Below the pieces are notes generated by a model. That model was not told where the DNA came from. It did not search any database and saw only the letters and a list, made by a program, of their open reading frames with translations. DNA of 63,936 bases, counting the filler, from Reclinomonas americana ATCC 50394 (lineage: Eukaryota), in the NCBI GenBank assembly GCA_048213135.1. It is 22 parts of 22 records of this genome, joined end to end, with 100 filler letters (N's around TTAATTAATTAA, not from the genome) between each part and the next. Parts side by side here need not be neighbours in the genome. Positions count along the whole stretch, not along the records: positions 39,901 to 44,494 come from AFZH01019685.1; positions 44,595 to 46,090 come from AFZH01019686.1; positions 46,191 to 52,965 come from AFZH01019687.1; positions 53,066 to 54,394 come from AFZH01019689.1; 18 more parts are not named here. The stretch is one strand, 5' to 3'. Positions 40,011 through 53,380 of the stretch are shown here, piece by piece. How positions within the stretch are numbered: the stretch's first letter is position 1; each line of letters begins with the position of its first letter. The position numbers were made by a program, and so were the translations under genes.

Positions 40011-43000
40011 CGTCGCGAGGTCTCTCTGCGATCAGAGAACGAGCTGGTACAGGGACTTCGCATCCTGCGCAGCCGCCTGCTGTCATCGCGCGGTTTGTCC
40101 GTCATCCATAGCTTTACCTCTGCTGTGCACACTCACTCCTTCTCGCTTGTGCAGAATGGCGATCCATCCCCCTGTTGGAGCTCCTGCAACCATTCCTGGC
40201 CGTGGTGCGCTCGAACATCACTTCGGGACCTGTGACGGGCGTGAGCTTGTCGGCGATTCACCGCTTTGTGTCGCATCCGCTCCTGCTGGTACCGCCGCAG
40301 CCACGATGTTGCGTTTCATAGCACAGCTGGATTCTTGGGCAATCTGCTTCGAGGAATCACGGCAGCTCTGTACTCGTGCAGCTTCCGCTCCTTCTTCTTC
40401 GTGTTTACCAGAGTAGCTTCCCCTTTCTGCCTTACTTGCATCACACTATCCCCCTCTCTCTTTCCTCGCTTCCCTTGTCCCCCTTTTCTATCCTCTCCTC
40501 TCCCATGTCCCTCTCGCCCTCTCCCCTCACCCTTCCTCCTCGTTCCGACCTTACACCTCACTCTCACCTTCACATTCTCTATCTTACTCGTCCTCCCTCG
40601 GTTCCCGCCATTCTCTCCTCCCACTTACCCCTTGCCCTACTGTGACCTTGCATTCTCCCTCCCCCTCACCCATCCTCACTTTTTCCCCTCATACTCATCC
40701 TTCCCCCGTTCCCCTTCACCCTCCCCACAGGCGACGACCCCTCCCTCCGCCAACGCCGCCGGCTCCTCCGCGAAGCCGCCAACGCCATTGGCGACGCCGT
40801 CACGCACTGCCAGTTCGAGATGGCCGACTACGAATCCGACGAGATCGTGCTGATGAAGATCCTCCAAGTGCTCAACTCCCTCGTGCGCTCCGACCTCGGC
40901 GCCCTGCTCGACAGCGACTACCTCTTTGACGTCGTGCACACGTCGTACAAGATCGGGCGCCACAGTCGCGCCACGGATCTGCTGAAGCGCACCTCGGACA
41001 TGTTCCTGCTGGAGATGATTTCGTCGATCTTCCGCCGCGTGCAATGCGACGGCAGCGACGACGAGGAAGTGGTGTGTGTGTGTCGACCTCTCTCGCTTCG
41101 TCTCTCCTAGTTTTCTCACGTATTGCCCCCGGTCGCAGGATGTACCATCCACCTCGGAGACGGCGGCCTACGTGCTGGAGTTTGTGGCGTCGCTGTGCGA
41201 CCCCGACTCGGCCGACGGCAACTCCACCGTCACACGCGCACTCGGCCTCTCGCTGGCCAACACGGCGCTGGAGGCCATTGCATCGTCGGCGGCGCTGGCC
41301 CCCGACCCAACCACACTGCGTCTGCCGAAAACCATTCAGCAGGTGATTGCCGATCGCCTCTGTCTCGGCGTGATGAAGGACGTGGAGGAGTTGGCGCAAC
41401 TGGGCCTGCTGTGGCTGGCGCTGCGCACCGCGCACTTGATCGTCACCGTCCCGGTGCTCAACCAGTCGCTCCAGCCGCAAGTCGAGGCCATTATGGTCAA
41501 CACGTATCTGGGAGGCGGTGACTTGCCGATCTTCACGCAGTTGTCGCGCGATGCCGTCAATTCGAGTGATCTGGGTGGCAAGGTTTGTGGGGCAACAGAG
41601 GACAACTCGTTGTTTGTGCTGGTTGCCATCATTTGTTGTTTCTCTCCAGCGTGCTGTACGCATGCATCCTTCATTCCTTTCTCCTTCTGTTGCTTGTGGT
41701 TCTCTCCGTTAATCTGTTATTCTTGTTCGTCACCTTCGTTCTTCTTCGCACGAGCTCTCGTCTGCCAATGCTTCTTCTCTCGCCCGAATTCCTTGCATCC
41801 AACTTATGTTCATACCATTTGTTGTTTTGGTCCTCTCAGTATTCTTTCACTCTTGCTCATTCGTCATCGCTTTTGTGCACGTCTGTCAGTGCTTTGCTCG
41901 AATCCATACTTCTCTTCCTCCTCCCTCGTGTTGCCTTCGTTCCTGTTTCCTGCCCTCTCACCCCACCAAATGCACAAATTTCGGTCTGGTTCGCCCGTAC
42001 AGTCCTCCGATTATCACTGACTTCTGTTGGTTTTCCCACCCTCGTTCTTCTTCATTTGTGCTCACATTTGTCCTTCCCCTTTATTCCCCTTTCCTCCCTT
42101 TCCCTTCGCAGAGCTCCAACCCAGTCTCCGGCATCGGAGTCCGCTCACCCGAAGCCGCCGAACTCTTCATCGACGCCGTCGGCGACTTGCTCTCCCACCC
42201 GCTGGTGCCCGCCTACCTGTACGCCCAGTTCGACTGCGCACTGCGCTCCGAGTCGGTGCTCGAACTGCTCATGCGCGATCTCTTCAAGGTGCGCTGCCTG
42301 ATTGTTATTCTCCTTCACCTCGACCGCTAACCTGCGCCCGTGTTATACAGGTCGTTGTCCCAACACATCAGCAGCTGACCTCCCTCAATCTGTCGGCTCT
42401 CGATGCACTGTTGAAGCTGGTCGAAAATATTGACGAGCACCGCCCGCTGGTCGACACGGCTGTGGATCGTGAGGTGTGATGCACATCATGTTCGCTCTTT
42501 GTGCATGTGCTATTGCTGACTGTGTACACTGGGACGCTACAGGCCTCGGATCACCTGACTGCCGCCAGTCATCGCAAGGCCATGATCAAGGCCGCCGTGC
42601 AAGAATTCAACCGCGAACCGCGCAAGCCCGAGTATGGCGTGGCGTACATGCAGGAGCACCGGCTCATCAGCACCCCGCCGCTTCCCTCTGAGGTCACGCA
42701 ATTCCTCCTGCAAGCGCGCGGTCTCAATCCGCACTTGGTGGGCGAGTACATTTCGCGACCTGGCGACTTTAATGTGTCGGTACTGGAGGAGTACCTCAAG
42801 TCGTTCAACTTTGCCAACCTGCGCATCGACGAGGCGCTGCGCAAGTTCATCACCAGGTAGACGTAATCATCGCCCTTTCTTTATCACACCCTCTCTCCTT
42901 GACACTTTCCCCATTGACGCAGCTTCTTCTGCCCGGGCGAGGCACAGCGCGTGGACCACGTGGTCACCTCATTCGCTCGCATGTACGTGCAGCAGAATGG

Positions 43001-46000
43001 CGGCGGCGCCGGTGTCACCTGCTCCGCCTTCTCGCCCAACTCGTCGCTCATCGTGTCGGGATCCGTGGACAACACACTGCGCGTGTGGTCTCTGACGGGA
43101 GTGGTGGGTGGTGGCGGCGCCTCCTCGAGCAGTCTCTCCGATGTGGAGTTGCTGGAGGTGCCGACGTGCCTGCGCACGCTGTCGGGTCACACTGATTGCG
43201 TGACATCGGTGGCGTACTCGCCCGACGGACGGTGCGTCGCATCCGGCAGCCGCGATCGCACTATTCGTGTGTGGGCAGCGGCGGGAGCCACCGAGTGTGC
43301 GGCCGTGCTGGAGGGTCACGGCGATCGCGTCACGGCTGTGGTGTTTGTGCGCGGTGTGCCAGAGGAGGATGCCTCGGTGGCCGCTGCTCCCAACTCCAAG
43401 AACTACTGGCTCGCCTCGGCCAGCAGCGACAGCTCGGTGCGCCTGTGGTGTGTGCGGCTGCGTGACGACGGTGGTGTGGCGGACACGGAGTGTGTGCGCA
43501 TCGTCACCGGCCACACCAATGACATTACGTCGTTGGCCACTGCGGGTACGGTGGCCGTCACGGGCGGTGTCGACAAGAGTGTGCGGCTGTGGGACTTGCT
43601 GACGGGGGAGTCATTGGCGATTCTGCGTGGCCACACGGCGAGTGTCACGAGGTGAGAGGGGGGAGGCGAAGAGTGACAGGCAGAGGGATAAGTGGGCAAG
43701 AGAATACGCTGTTCCCGTTTTCACTTTCTTGTTCCCTCTCGTCTTGTGTCAAGAGGGCATCGACCCGCGAGGTCGACGAGAAATCTCGTCCGTTTCTCAC
43801 CATTCCAAGTCATCTCAGCTCGCATTCCTTCGCCTTTCTTGTTTCTCCTTCTACTTTTTCTCTCCTTTTCCTCCCCTCCCCTCCCTTTACTTCCCGCGTT
43901 TCACATTTCCTTTCTCTCTTTCCCTTTCTTTTCATTCCCTTACTCTCCTTCCCTTTCTCTCCTTCCCTTTCTCTCTCCTCTTCCTCTCCTCCCACTCTCT
44001 CCTTCCTTCGTTTCTCCTTTCCCTCATCCTTCCCCCTGTTCTCCTTCCCCTTCCACCTTTCGCTCAATCTTCCCCCTTTCTCCCCCTTCTCCAGTGTGTG
44101 CATCACGGTGGACGGCCGCCGCGTCATCTCCGGCTCCCTCGACTCCTCGGCCAAACTGTGGGACGTGGAGTCGCAGACGTGCCTGCAGACCTTCAACTGT
44201 GGCCCCGCTGGCAGCCGGACAACCTGCGTCTCCATCGCCTCCGACGGCCGCATGTGCTGCGCCGGCTCCTCCGACGAGGCCGTGCGTGTCTGGCGGTGCG
44301 CCGACGAGACGGCGGCCAAGGCGGCTCCCGAGGAGCCCGTGGCAGCGCTGGCTTTTACGCTGAAGGGCCACACGGATCGTGTGACGAGTGCCACCTTCTC
44401 GCGCGATCATCGCTTCCTGGTGACCACGAGTCTCGACAAGACCATTCGCGTGTGGGATGCGGGCAGTGGGAAGCAGTTGCTGCACTTTGAGGGGNNNNNN
44501 NNNNNNNNNNNNNNNNNNNNNNNNNNNNNNNNNNNNNNTTAATTAATTAANNNNNNNNNNNNNNNNNNNNNNNNNNNNNNNNNNNNNNNNNNNNGCCGCC
44601 AGCGCTGGCGGCAGTGGTGCTGCCGGTGGTGCTGGTGGTGCTGGTGCAGCAGGGGGAGTTGCACAGGGAGGTGGAGGTGCCGGTGGCGTTGCAGGAACAG
44701 CACGCCCGCCACATCTCATTCACCACCACGGCGAGAAGGAGGTTTTCGCCGAAGATGAGACGTTCGGTCACGTGTTCACGTCCACCGACACGACAGTGGT
44801 GATGGCCTTTTCCATTATGATGTTGCAGACGGATCAGCACAATCCGTCAGTGCGGGTGCGTTGCGCGTGATTTGTACAAGAGAGAAGAAGCTCGTTCTTA
44901 GGAGTGTGTGCATGCGCAGAAACGCATGACGGCCGACGAGTTCGTGTCAAACAATCGCGGCGTGAACAAGGGTGTGGATCTGCCGGAGACGCTGTTGCGC
45001 CGCATCTTTGAGTCGGTGTCGGCTCGTGCGTTTGCCAACGAGGATCGCATCGTGAATTGCCATCGCAACGCCTCGCGCTGGGCCGAGTTGGTGGAGGAGG
45101 CGTGTTGCCACGCTGGCAATTTTACGCACAGCGACCCGGTGGTGGAGGCCGCCATGCGTCATGTTGCGTTTACTGGTGAAGCTGATTGGAGGAGTTTTTT
45201 GGTTGTGCGCTTACAATGTGTGTTCATGCAGGCTTCTGAGAATGGGTACTTGCCGTTTGCTCGCAATTTGTTCTCCCAAGCCTGGCGACCGGCCGTCAGC
45301 TCGCTCACGTATGGTGAGTGGTGGTGGAAGGGAGGGAGGGAGAGATATAGAAAGAGAGAGAGGGAGGGAGAGAAATAGAGAAGGAGAGGGGTTGAGTGAG
45401 AGGGAGAGGGCGAGTGAGGAGAGAGTGACCGTCGATGGAACAGAGAGACATGAGCAAGGTTGAAAGAGTGAGTGGGTGAATGTGAGAGAGAGAGAGAGTG
45501 AGAGTGACGAGTGAAAGAGGAGGGGCAATGTGCTTGCTTGACTCCTACTTATTCTTTCGTTCTCTCATGCGCACACTCTTCTTCTTCTATCATGCTTTTC
45601 TCATCCTCCGTTGACACAGTTTCCACTTGTTAATTTTCCCCTCTCTTTTCTTTTTGCGTCTCTGTGCTCCTGTGTCTTTTGATGACTCACTGACATCATT
45701 GCAGTGCTCGAGCACACCCACGATGTCGACGTTCTGCGCACATGCATGCGTGGTTTGGTGTTGTGCGCCAAGGTCGCGGCCAGTTTTGGGATGTCAACCA
45801 TTGTCAATCACATGGAGGTGCGTGTGTTGTGATGACTCGCTTCAGCCCCCTCGAGTGTCTCACGGAATGGGTGTTTCCCCCCAACGCAGGTCACCTTGTG
45901 CAAGTTTGTTATGCACGGCTTTGCGGATGGCTCGCGGACACGTATCGTGATGCCGTCGACTGCATCGCAAGTTGCTGCAAGAGATCTCACAAGAAGGTAT

Positions 46001-49000
46001 GGAGATGCTGGGAGACATTCATTTGTCGCTTCTTTCCATGTCTTGCGTTATCTCCAACTCTTTGGCTCATCCCCCCGCCTGTTTCATCACNNNNNNNNNN
46101 NNNNNNNNNNNNNNNNNNNNNNNNNNNNNNNNNNTTAATTAATTAANNNNNNNNNNNNNNNNNNNNNNNNNNNNNNNNNNNNNNNNNNNNCAATGTAACT
46201 CTCTCATCTCTTCATCTGCTGCCTGCTGACAGTGGAGCGCGACGCAGGTGCTGGAAATCATTCTCCGCCTCCACCGTCTCGGCGTGCTGCCGGTGGAGTT
46301 GCTCGAGTGTCGCGATGTCAGTGCTGACGACAGTCGCCGTGTGATGCGACCATGTGCGTACCTCTCGATTCCTGCCTCTGTTATCGCATCACCTCACTCA
46401 CTCACTCGCCATCCTCAGTCGTGATTCGGCCGATTCGCGATGACTCGTCTTCCGGCATCGGTTCGTTCTTCTCGTTCTTCAGCAGCGCCCGAGCTGCCGA
46501 CACGGAGGAACATCGAATTGCATACGATCGCTCGTACTCGCGTCTCGAGGCCTTTGTGCGCGAATGTGCCTTGCAGAATTGGCTCGAGAACACACAGTTT
46601 CGTGGGGATGTCAAGTCCACACTGAATGGATTGGGGTAGTGTTACTTACCGCCCTCGTTCATTTCACAGCATGCTCTCCGACGACAGTCTGGTGTTCCTA
46701 GTCAAGTCGATGCTCATGTCACTACAGCCAGAGAAGGACGGCGCGCGCCCGACCGTGCACACGGTTGTGTTTGGCGTGGAACTGCTGACGCGCATTGTGC
46801 TGGAGAACGAGCACCGCATCCTCACCGTGTGGGAGATGGTGTTTGACTTTTTGGCGTCGACGGTGGTGCGGGCCATTGGCTTGCGCCCCGAGCAGCTGGT
46901 CACCACCCCGGCCACGTCGTATTTGGTGATTGTGCACTCGAATGTCTCCTATGCTCCTCATGTCGCACTCACCATTTGTGTGCGTATCAAAGGAGGTCTG
47001 CGAACACCGTGTGACGATTGTGGGCGGCACATTGGAGGAAACATCTGTGCCATTTGTGCTGGTGGAGCGAGTGGCTATCAGTCTGTTGCGACTGTGCACA
47101 CGCGTCTTGCGACTCGTGTCGCCGCTGCGCGTGAATCCGGGTGGTATGTGTGAATTGCAGTTCGTCCTTGTCAACAACGGTTTTCCATTCCTCATCGTTT
47201 GCGTGTGTGTGCTTGCAGAATCCGCGGCGGCATTGCAACTGCATCCGAGTTTGCGCGACAGTGTCCGTGCCTCACTGGCCCTGGTGGCCTGTGCCTCCTT
47301 GTCGCGTGCCTTTGCGGTGATGGACAAAGCCGGTATGTTTGCGTCGACATTCCCCACTTCGCCTGTCCTTCTATTTCTCACCCTGTCCCTACGGCAGAGG
47401 GCGAGCCTGGCAGATCGTCGGGTGACTTTGCGGCTCAGCAGGTGGCTCCGACCAGCGCGCGAGGCGTTCCCGGCAACGTGTACTCGGAGGTGTATCAGAG
47501 TCAGCCGGACACCACCTATGCTGCTGGGCGATTGGCCGTGGCGTTCCGCGAGCTGGCCTCCACCCTCTGCTTGTTGGGCGAAAAGTTTCGTCTTCAAGCA
47601 TCTGTGTGCATCTGGCGTAACCCGTGCTCACACTTCATCGCCCTCCCAGTGCGCACCCGAGCGAGTGGCGCTGTGTGTTGCGGTGCTGGAAGAATCTGTC
47701 CATGTACCCGGCGGCACAGCAGGCGGCGTTGGAGGTGGTCGGCCTGATTGTGGAGCGTGGCCACTTGCTGCGCTGCGTGGAAAAGTATCCGATGATGGCG
47801 GTGGCGGCTGGTGCACCGACCAACACGGCCGAGACGCTGGCCAGCGACTGTTTGGACACGCTGGTCAAGTTTGCGTGCCGCATGCATGGCGTGCCGGACG
47901 CCGTGCGCAAATGCCTCGCCCTCATGCTCGACATTGCCGAGCGTTGCGTAGCACGGCACCACACCCACTCCTTTCCTTGCACTGAGACCCCGTTCTTCCT
48001 CCCCGTAGGCGTCAAGTCGGTCTACACGTGGATGTGCGTGCTGCGTGGCCTGCGCATCGTGTGCACCATTCGCAACCGCAACGCCAGACATCACGGCCTC
48101 ATTGCGCTGTCGAATGCGCTGCAACCGATGCACCTGAAGATTGTGCCACCCAGCGCCGCCGACTGGATGTCGGTGTTCCAGCAGACTCTGTTCCCGCTGA
48201 TGGAGGACTTTTTGGATAGCCCGCTGTTTGACAAGGCGGCTGGGACGGCCGATGATGAGCGGCTGCGTGCTGTCAGTGTCATTTCCAAGACGTTTTTGCA
48301 GTTGCGCCGGTGGGGGGAGGAGGGGGGAAGGGGGTAAAGAGGGAAGGGGGAGGGGGATAGAGACGCGCGCGTGTTTGTGACAGAGAGGGTGAGACTGCGT
48401 CCACAGGCAGCACGTTTGATACGCCACGATGCTAGTGAGTGCGAGGAAGCGGTGATGGAGGAAGAGGTGGAACAGAAAGGGAAATGGGAGGGAAGGAGAG
48501 GCAGAGGAGAAGGAAACTGGAGAGCGACAGGGAGATATGAAAATAGTTGCAGAGGAAGGTTGGAGCGAGACTTCTTCCGTGTGAAATGGGCGACGGATGC
48601 TGTGCGTTTGTGCAAGCAAGAGGAGGAGAAGAAAAAAGACAGGAACGATGAATGGGATAGAAACCGTGATTGTGTAGACGTAGCACGTGAGATCTGCCGT
48701 GGATGTTCGTCGTTTGTGTGCATGAGTAGGAGCAGGAGAAGAAGAAGAGAGAGATAAGGAACAGAGGAAGAGGTGGAAAAGACTGTTGGTGAGGGAGGTA
48801 TTTTGTGCGGATGCCTCTGTGTTGTTTGCAGGAGGAGAAGGAGATGAAGAAGAATAGAAAAAAGAAGAAAGAGAATTGAGCAGAAGCGAACGGGTGAGAG
48901 TTGGCAGAAAAGAGCAGAGGTAGAATGAGCCGTATGGTATCGAAGATTTCTGCACGAGTCTGATCTCTGCGGCAGTGTACGACGACTTGACTTCCATACA

Positions 49001-49749
49001 TTCTCACTCTCTCCTCACTCCCTTCTCCCCCTTTCCCCTTGCAGTCAATTGTCGGTTCTGGCGCACAGTCGCGACTTCCACGTGCTGTGGACACAGCTGT
49101 TGCGCTTCATGGAAAAGTACACGCGCGGCAGCTGCACCGAGATGCTGGTCGACGGTGTGCGGGAGACGCTGAAGAACATTTTGCGTGTGATGGACGCGCA
49201 GAATATCTACAGCATCATTGGCGAGGTGTGTGAGAGAGAAAATGCGACGCAGCTGCGAGAGGGAAAACAAGCTGGCTGACTCTCCCCTCTCCACCGCAGG
49301 AAATCCGCGATCTTACCTGGGGCATTCTCGACCGCTGCGAGCCACTGGCCGAGCTGCGCGCCGAGTTGGCTCCTCCACCACCGCCGCCGCCTCCACCACC
49401 AGCGGCACCAGTTGCGGCTCCGTCGCACGCCCAGTCGTCCGCTGCGGCCGCTGCCGCCGCAGCATCGGCATTGGATCAAGATGCTGCGCTGAGTGCTGCA
49501 GCCGGAGACGAGGAGGAGCGTGGCGGCGGCAGAGAAGGCACGCCGCATGAGCAGGACGAGGATGCGGTGAAACCGGTGCGGGCGCCTGCGGCCATGTCGC
49601 CGTCGTCACTCACCGCCGACGACATTCCCATGCTCTCGGAGGAGGTGCCGAGCTCCGGTCTGCGCATCACCTCGTGGACCATGGTGACGGACGACGAACT
49701 GCGCGATGAGCAACTAGAATCCGACCTGGGCGAGGTCGACCTTAGATGA
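40011..49749 (+). CDS. GBF1: Large ARF guanine-nucleotide exchange factor of the GBF1/Gea/GNOM family, with a WD40 propeller inserted in its Sec7 domain (5' partial)
   Basis: DCB region PFLAVVRSNITSGPVTG..., DAVTHCQF...SDEIVLMKILQVL; HUS-box-like YLYAQFDC; Sec7 VGEYIS...VLEEYLKSFNFANLRIDEALRKF-SFFCPGEAQRVDHV, FTSTDTTVVMAFSIMMLQTDQHNPSV, KRMTADEFVSNNRGVNKGVDLP; HDS-like C-terminal regions (ELLTRIVLENEHRILTVWEMV; ETLKNILRVM); stop at 49747-49749. Confidence 0.92.
42999..44494 (+). other. Seven-repeat WD40 beta-propeller domain within the GBF1-like gene
   Basis: Seven WD units ending LRVWS, IRVWA, VRLWC, VRLWD, AKLWD, VRVWR, IRVWD, plus a closing strand KQLLHFEG; one phase-2 intron at 43652-44094. 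Confidence 0.9.
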
Positions 49750-49837
49750 CGACGGGAGCAAAGGAAAAAAGAGGAGGGAGAGGAAAAAAACAGCACAGTC
49801 AACAACAAAGTGTAATCAAATCCTTATCGTATGAGAG

Positions 49838-52092
49838 CTATGAGGGCGGTGAACAGGGACTGCTGGCTGCGTCTTCGGTGCCCGGTGCCGCGGCGAATTT
49901 ACGCGTCAGCGGCGGTGGCGGCGGCACCTTGACGTGCACCTCTCCAGCGGCTCCGTAGTGAGGTGCCCACCACGAGTCCGGCAGTGGCGAGCCGTCGGCT
50001 ACAGGCGGGTGGAGAGCGCGCATGGCACGTTCACACAGCGACGGCACAAAGGGTTGCAGAAGGGAGAGGGACACGCGCACGGCCTCGAATGTGATATAGA
50101 CAATGTCGTCCACGCGTTGCTGCGACGCTTCGTCCTTCTGCGAACAGCGCAGTGAGTAAAGAAAGAAGGAGAGAGAGACGATGATTTGAGAGCGAGACCT
50201 CTTTGCGCAGTCGCCACGGCTCGAGAGCGGAAAAGTAGCCATTGGCGGCGGCGAGAGTGCACATGATGCTGCGCAGTGCGAACGACGGCTCAAACTGGTT
50301 CATGCTGTGGAGCACTTCGCCGTCGAGGCCGTTGATGGTGCGAATGAGCTCGTGGTCGCGCGGTGTCAGTCGTGAGTCGGGTGGTCGTCGCACGGACGAG
50401 GCCGTGAAGATGCGCGGCGCGGTGATGCGACTGAGCAGGTTGCCGAGGGAGTCGGCCAGGTCGCCATTGTTCGCAGAGATGAGGGCGTGCTCGGAAAAGT
50501 CGCCGTCGTTGGAGAGGCTGCTGTTGCGCAGGAGGTAGTAGCGAAGAGCCTCGATTCCTGGAATGTGTGAGGTGAGGAGGTGAGGGAGAGAGGAGAGGGT
50601 GAGGTGAGTGATAAGAGACGCACCGAATTTGTCAATCATGGCGTGCGGGTCCACGACATTGCCGCGGCTCTTGCTCATCTTGACGTTGCCGACGGTCCAG
50701 TGGCCGTGCGTCACCACGCGGTAGGGGAGTGGGAGGCCCGAGGCGAGCAGGAAGGCGGGCCAGTAGACCTGGGGATGGGGAGGGGAGAAGGGAGGGAAAG
50801 GGAGAAGGGAGGGGAAGGGAGAGGGGAAAGGATGAGATAGAGAGCGTGTGGAAGAAGAGGAAGACAGAATGAGTGCGAGAGAAAAGGGCTGAAGGGAGAA
50901 AGACCGAAGAGGCACGAGAGAGATGTCGACACGAGAAGAGAAGAAGTGAGAGGAGGGAGATGGGAAAGAGTGAGAGGATGAGAGAGGATGAGAGAGAGGG
51001 AACGGGGGGCAATGAGAGATAGAGAGCGATGAAGAGGAAGAGAGAGGATGAGGGAAAAGTGAGACATGGGAAAGAGACAGGCAGGATGAGCGTGAGAGAG
51101 AGATGTAGACAAGAGAATGGAGGAAGAGAGAGGATGAGGGAAAAGTGAGACATGGGAAGTGATAGGCAGAACGAGCGTGAGAGGGACTGGCACAAGAAAA
51201 CAGGTAGAGACGAGAGATAAAGAGGTAGAAGAAGATGGGAGACGTACATCAACAAAGAGAGATCGAGAGACGGAGAGGACATGCGTGAGAGAAGGTGAGA
51301 AAGAGTTGGGTGTGCGTGAGAGTGGCGGAAGAGAGACCTCCAGGGAGAGAGAGAGAGGAAAAGAGACCAAGAGAGAAAGAGAAGGGAGACAGAGAGGAGA
51401 CGCAGAATCAGAAACAAGAAGTCAATGCAAGGCTAAAAGAAGCAAGCGCAGCAAGACACCGCCGCATTGCGAAGAGTAAAGAACACAACTGCGCGCGAAA
51501 ATGCAGATAGAGAGACAAAGAGAGAGAGAGAAGAAACGCAACAGTGTGGAACTTGAGAATGTCCTTGCCGACCACGTGAATCATTGGCGGCATTTCGTCT
51601 GGTGTCAGGTCATTGAGCGAGCGTGGTCGTCCACTTTCGCGCTCCGCACTGCGACAACAAATCAGCTTGCCAAAATCAAGGAGAAGGAAGAAATCATGCA
51701 AACGAAACATGCGCACAGCAGCCGTCAAGTAATTCGCCAGCGCATCGAGCCACACGTAAAACACCTGCGGCTCCTCAATTAACTCATCGTCCGGAACCGG
51801 GATACCCCACGGCAGTCGTGCTGCAGGGAGACTGTCAGCTCCTGCGCAGATCGATCAAGAGCTCTCTCTCTCTCTCTCTCACACGCGTACGCACCCAGCG
51901 GTCTCGACACGGACAGGTCTTCCAGGCCGCGCGAAACCATGGCCAGCGTCTCGTTGGCGCGCACCTCTGGTCGAATCGGATGCCGCACTTGGATCCACTC
52001 CTCGACGGCGTGTTTGAAGGACGACAGCGCAAAGACGAGGTTCTGTTCCGTCATGCGTTCGACGGGGCTGCCGGTCTCGCAGCTCACCATGA
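49838..52092 (-). CDS. MARS2: Methionyl-tRNA synthetase, mitochondrial/bacterial type (5' part in gap)
   Basis: DLSVSRP..LPWGIPVP, FYVWLDALANYLT, HVVGKDILKFH-VYWPAFL, HGHWTV..KMSKSRGNVVDP, LRYYLLR...LADSLGNLLSR. These motifs are the organellar type, not the cytosolic YVWFDAPIGY/KFSKS type. Confidence 0.92.
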
Positions 52093-52554
52093 CTGTGCGC
52101 CGGAGGAGGGGAAGGGGGGATGTGAGGGGAAGAATGGGGCGAAAGGAGAAGAGTGAGGGAAATGGTAAGAAGAATGGACACCGAATGAAAGAACGTGGAC
52201 GGGCCGCGAGAGAGAGAGAGAGAGAGAATACAAGAGTGGGAGCTGGAAAGACTGAGAAGGAGAGAGGAAGCGACGGCAAAAGAGCGCCGTACTGCAGAGA
52301 CGGAGAACAGGACGAACACAACGCGGAGGAGAGAGAGCATGAGCGAACACGAGGGAAAAAGTGTGTCTCAGCAAAGAGTGCCCATGGAAGAAAGATCAAT
52401 AAACGATGAAAGGAGTGAGAGACAGAGCACAAATAGAGAGGGGCTGCATCGAGAGAGACAAGGAAACAAGCCGTCCCACTCTCTCTCTCTCTCTCTCTCA
52501 CGGTGCACATATTAGAGATAACACTGCGTCGCGTGAGACTGCGAGACGCATGAC

Positions 52555-52830
52555 ACAAAGAGAATGCTTCAAACGAAACGAGAGAGAAAAAAGAGCAAGC
52601 GTGAGAGACACAGAGCACAAGAAGAAAGGGAGGACACTGCAACATGAGAGACAATGGAATTCAGAGAGAGAGAGAGAGAAAAGAGGGAGCAAGCGTGAGA
52701 GACACAGAGCACAAGAAGAAAGGGAGGACACTGCAACGTGAGAGACAATGAAATTCAGAGAGAGAGAGAGCGAAAAAAGAGGGAGAGGGAGACGGAGCAA
52801 GTGCAAGAGACACAGAGCACTACAACGTGA
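52555..52830. repeat. ~100 bp intronic tandem repeat
   Basis: agcaagcgtgagagacacagagcacaagaagaaagggaggacactgcaac..gagagacaatg occurs at ~52593 and ~52688, with a degenerate third copy. Confidence 0.7.
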
Positions 52831-53065
52831 GGGACAATGATACACAGAGAGAGACGAGGACAAGAAAGGGCACAGTAGAAGCGAGGAGAGCGAGTGAGAC
52901 AAAGAGAGTTGATCATCTCCCTCCCTACCCCATCCCTCCCTCTCTCCACCCCTTCCCCCTCACTCNNNNNNNNNNNNNNNNNNNNNNNNNNNNNNNNNNN
53001 NNNNNNNNNTTAATTAATTAANNNNNNNNNNNNNNNNNNNNNNNNNNNNNNNNNNNNNNNNNNNN

Positions 53066-53138
<73 letters not shown>

Positions 53139-53380
53139 TCTCACTCATCTCTCCCACTCTCCATCTCTCTCTCTCTCGTCAGCCTGCCACTCATTACTCA
53201 CTCACTCTGTCGCACCCTATCTCATCTCTCCCACTCTCTCCTGTCGCTCATCACTCTCTATTCACCCAGCCACTCCTCTCTCCCTCTCTATCTCCCCCTT
53301 TCCCTTCCCCTTCCCCTCTTCCCTCTCCCTCACTCCCCCTCTCCTTCTCCCTCCCCAGTCACTCTCTCCTACACATCGGC

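Noticed and set aside
42999..44494. WD40 region as a separate nested gene or an intron of GBF1
   Set aside because: No stop, start or splice signal at the 5' junction; the frame is continuous from Sec7 motif 1 into the WD40 repeats.
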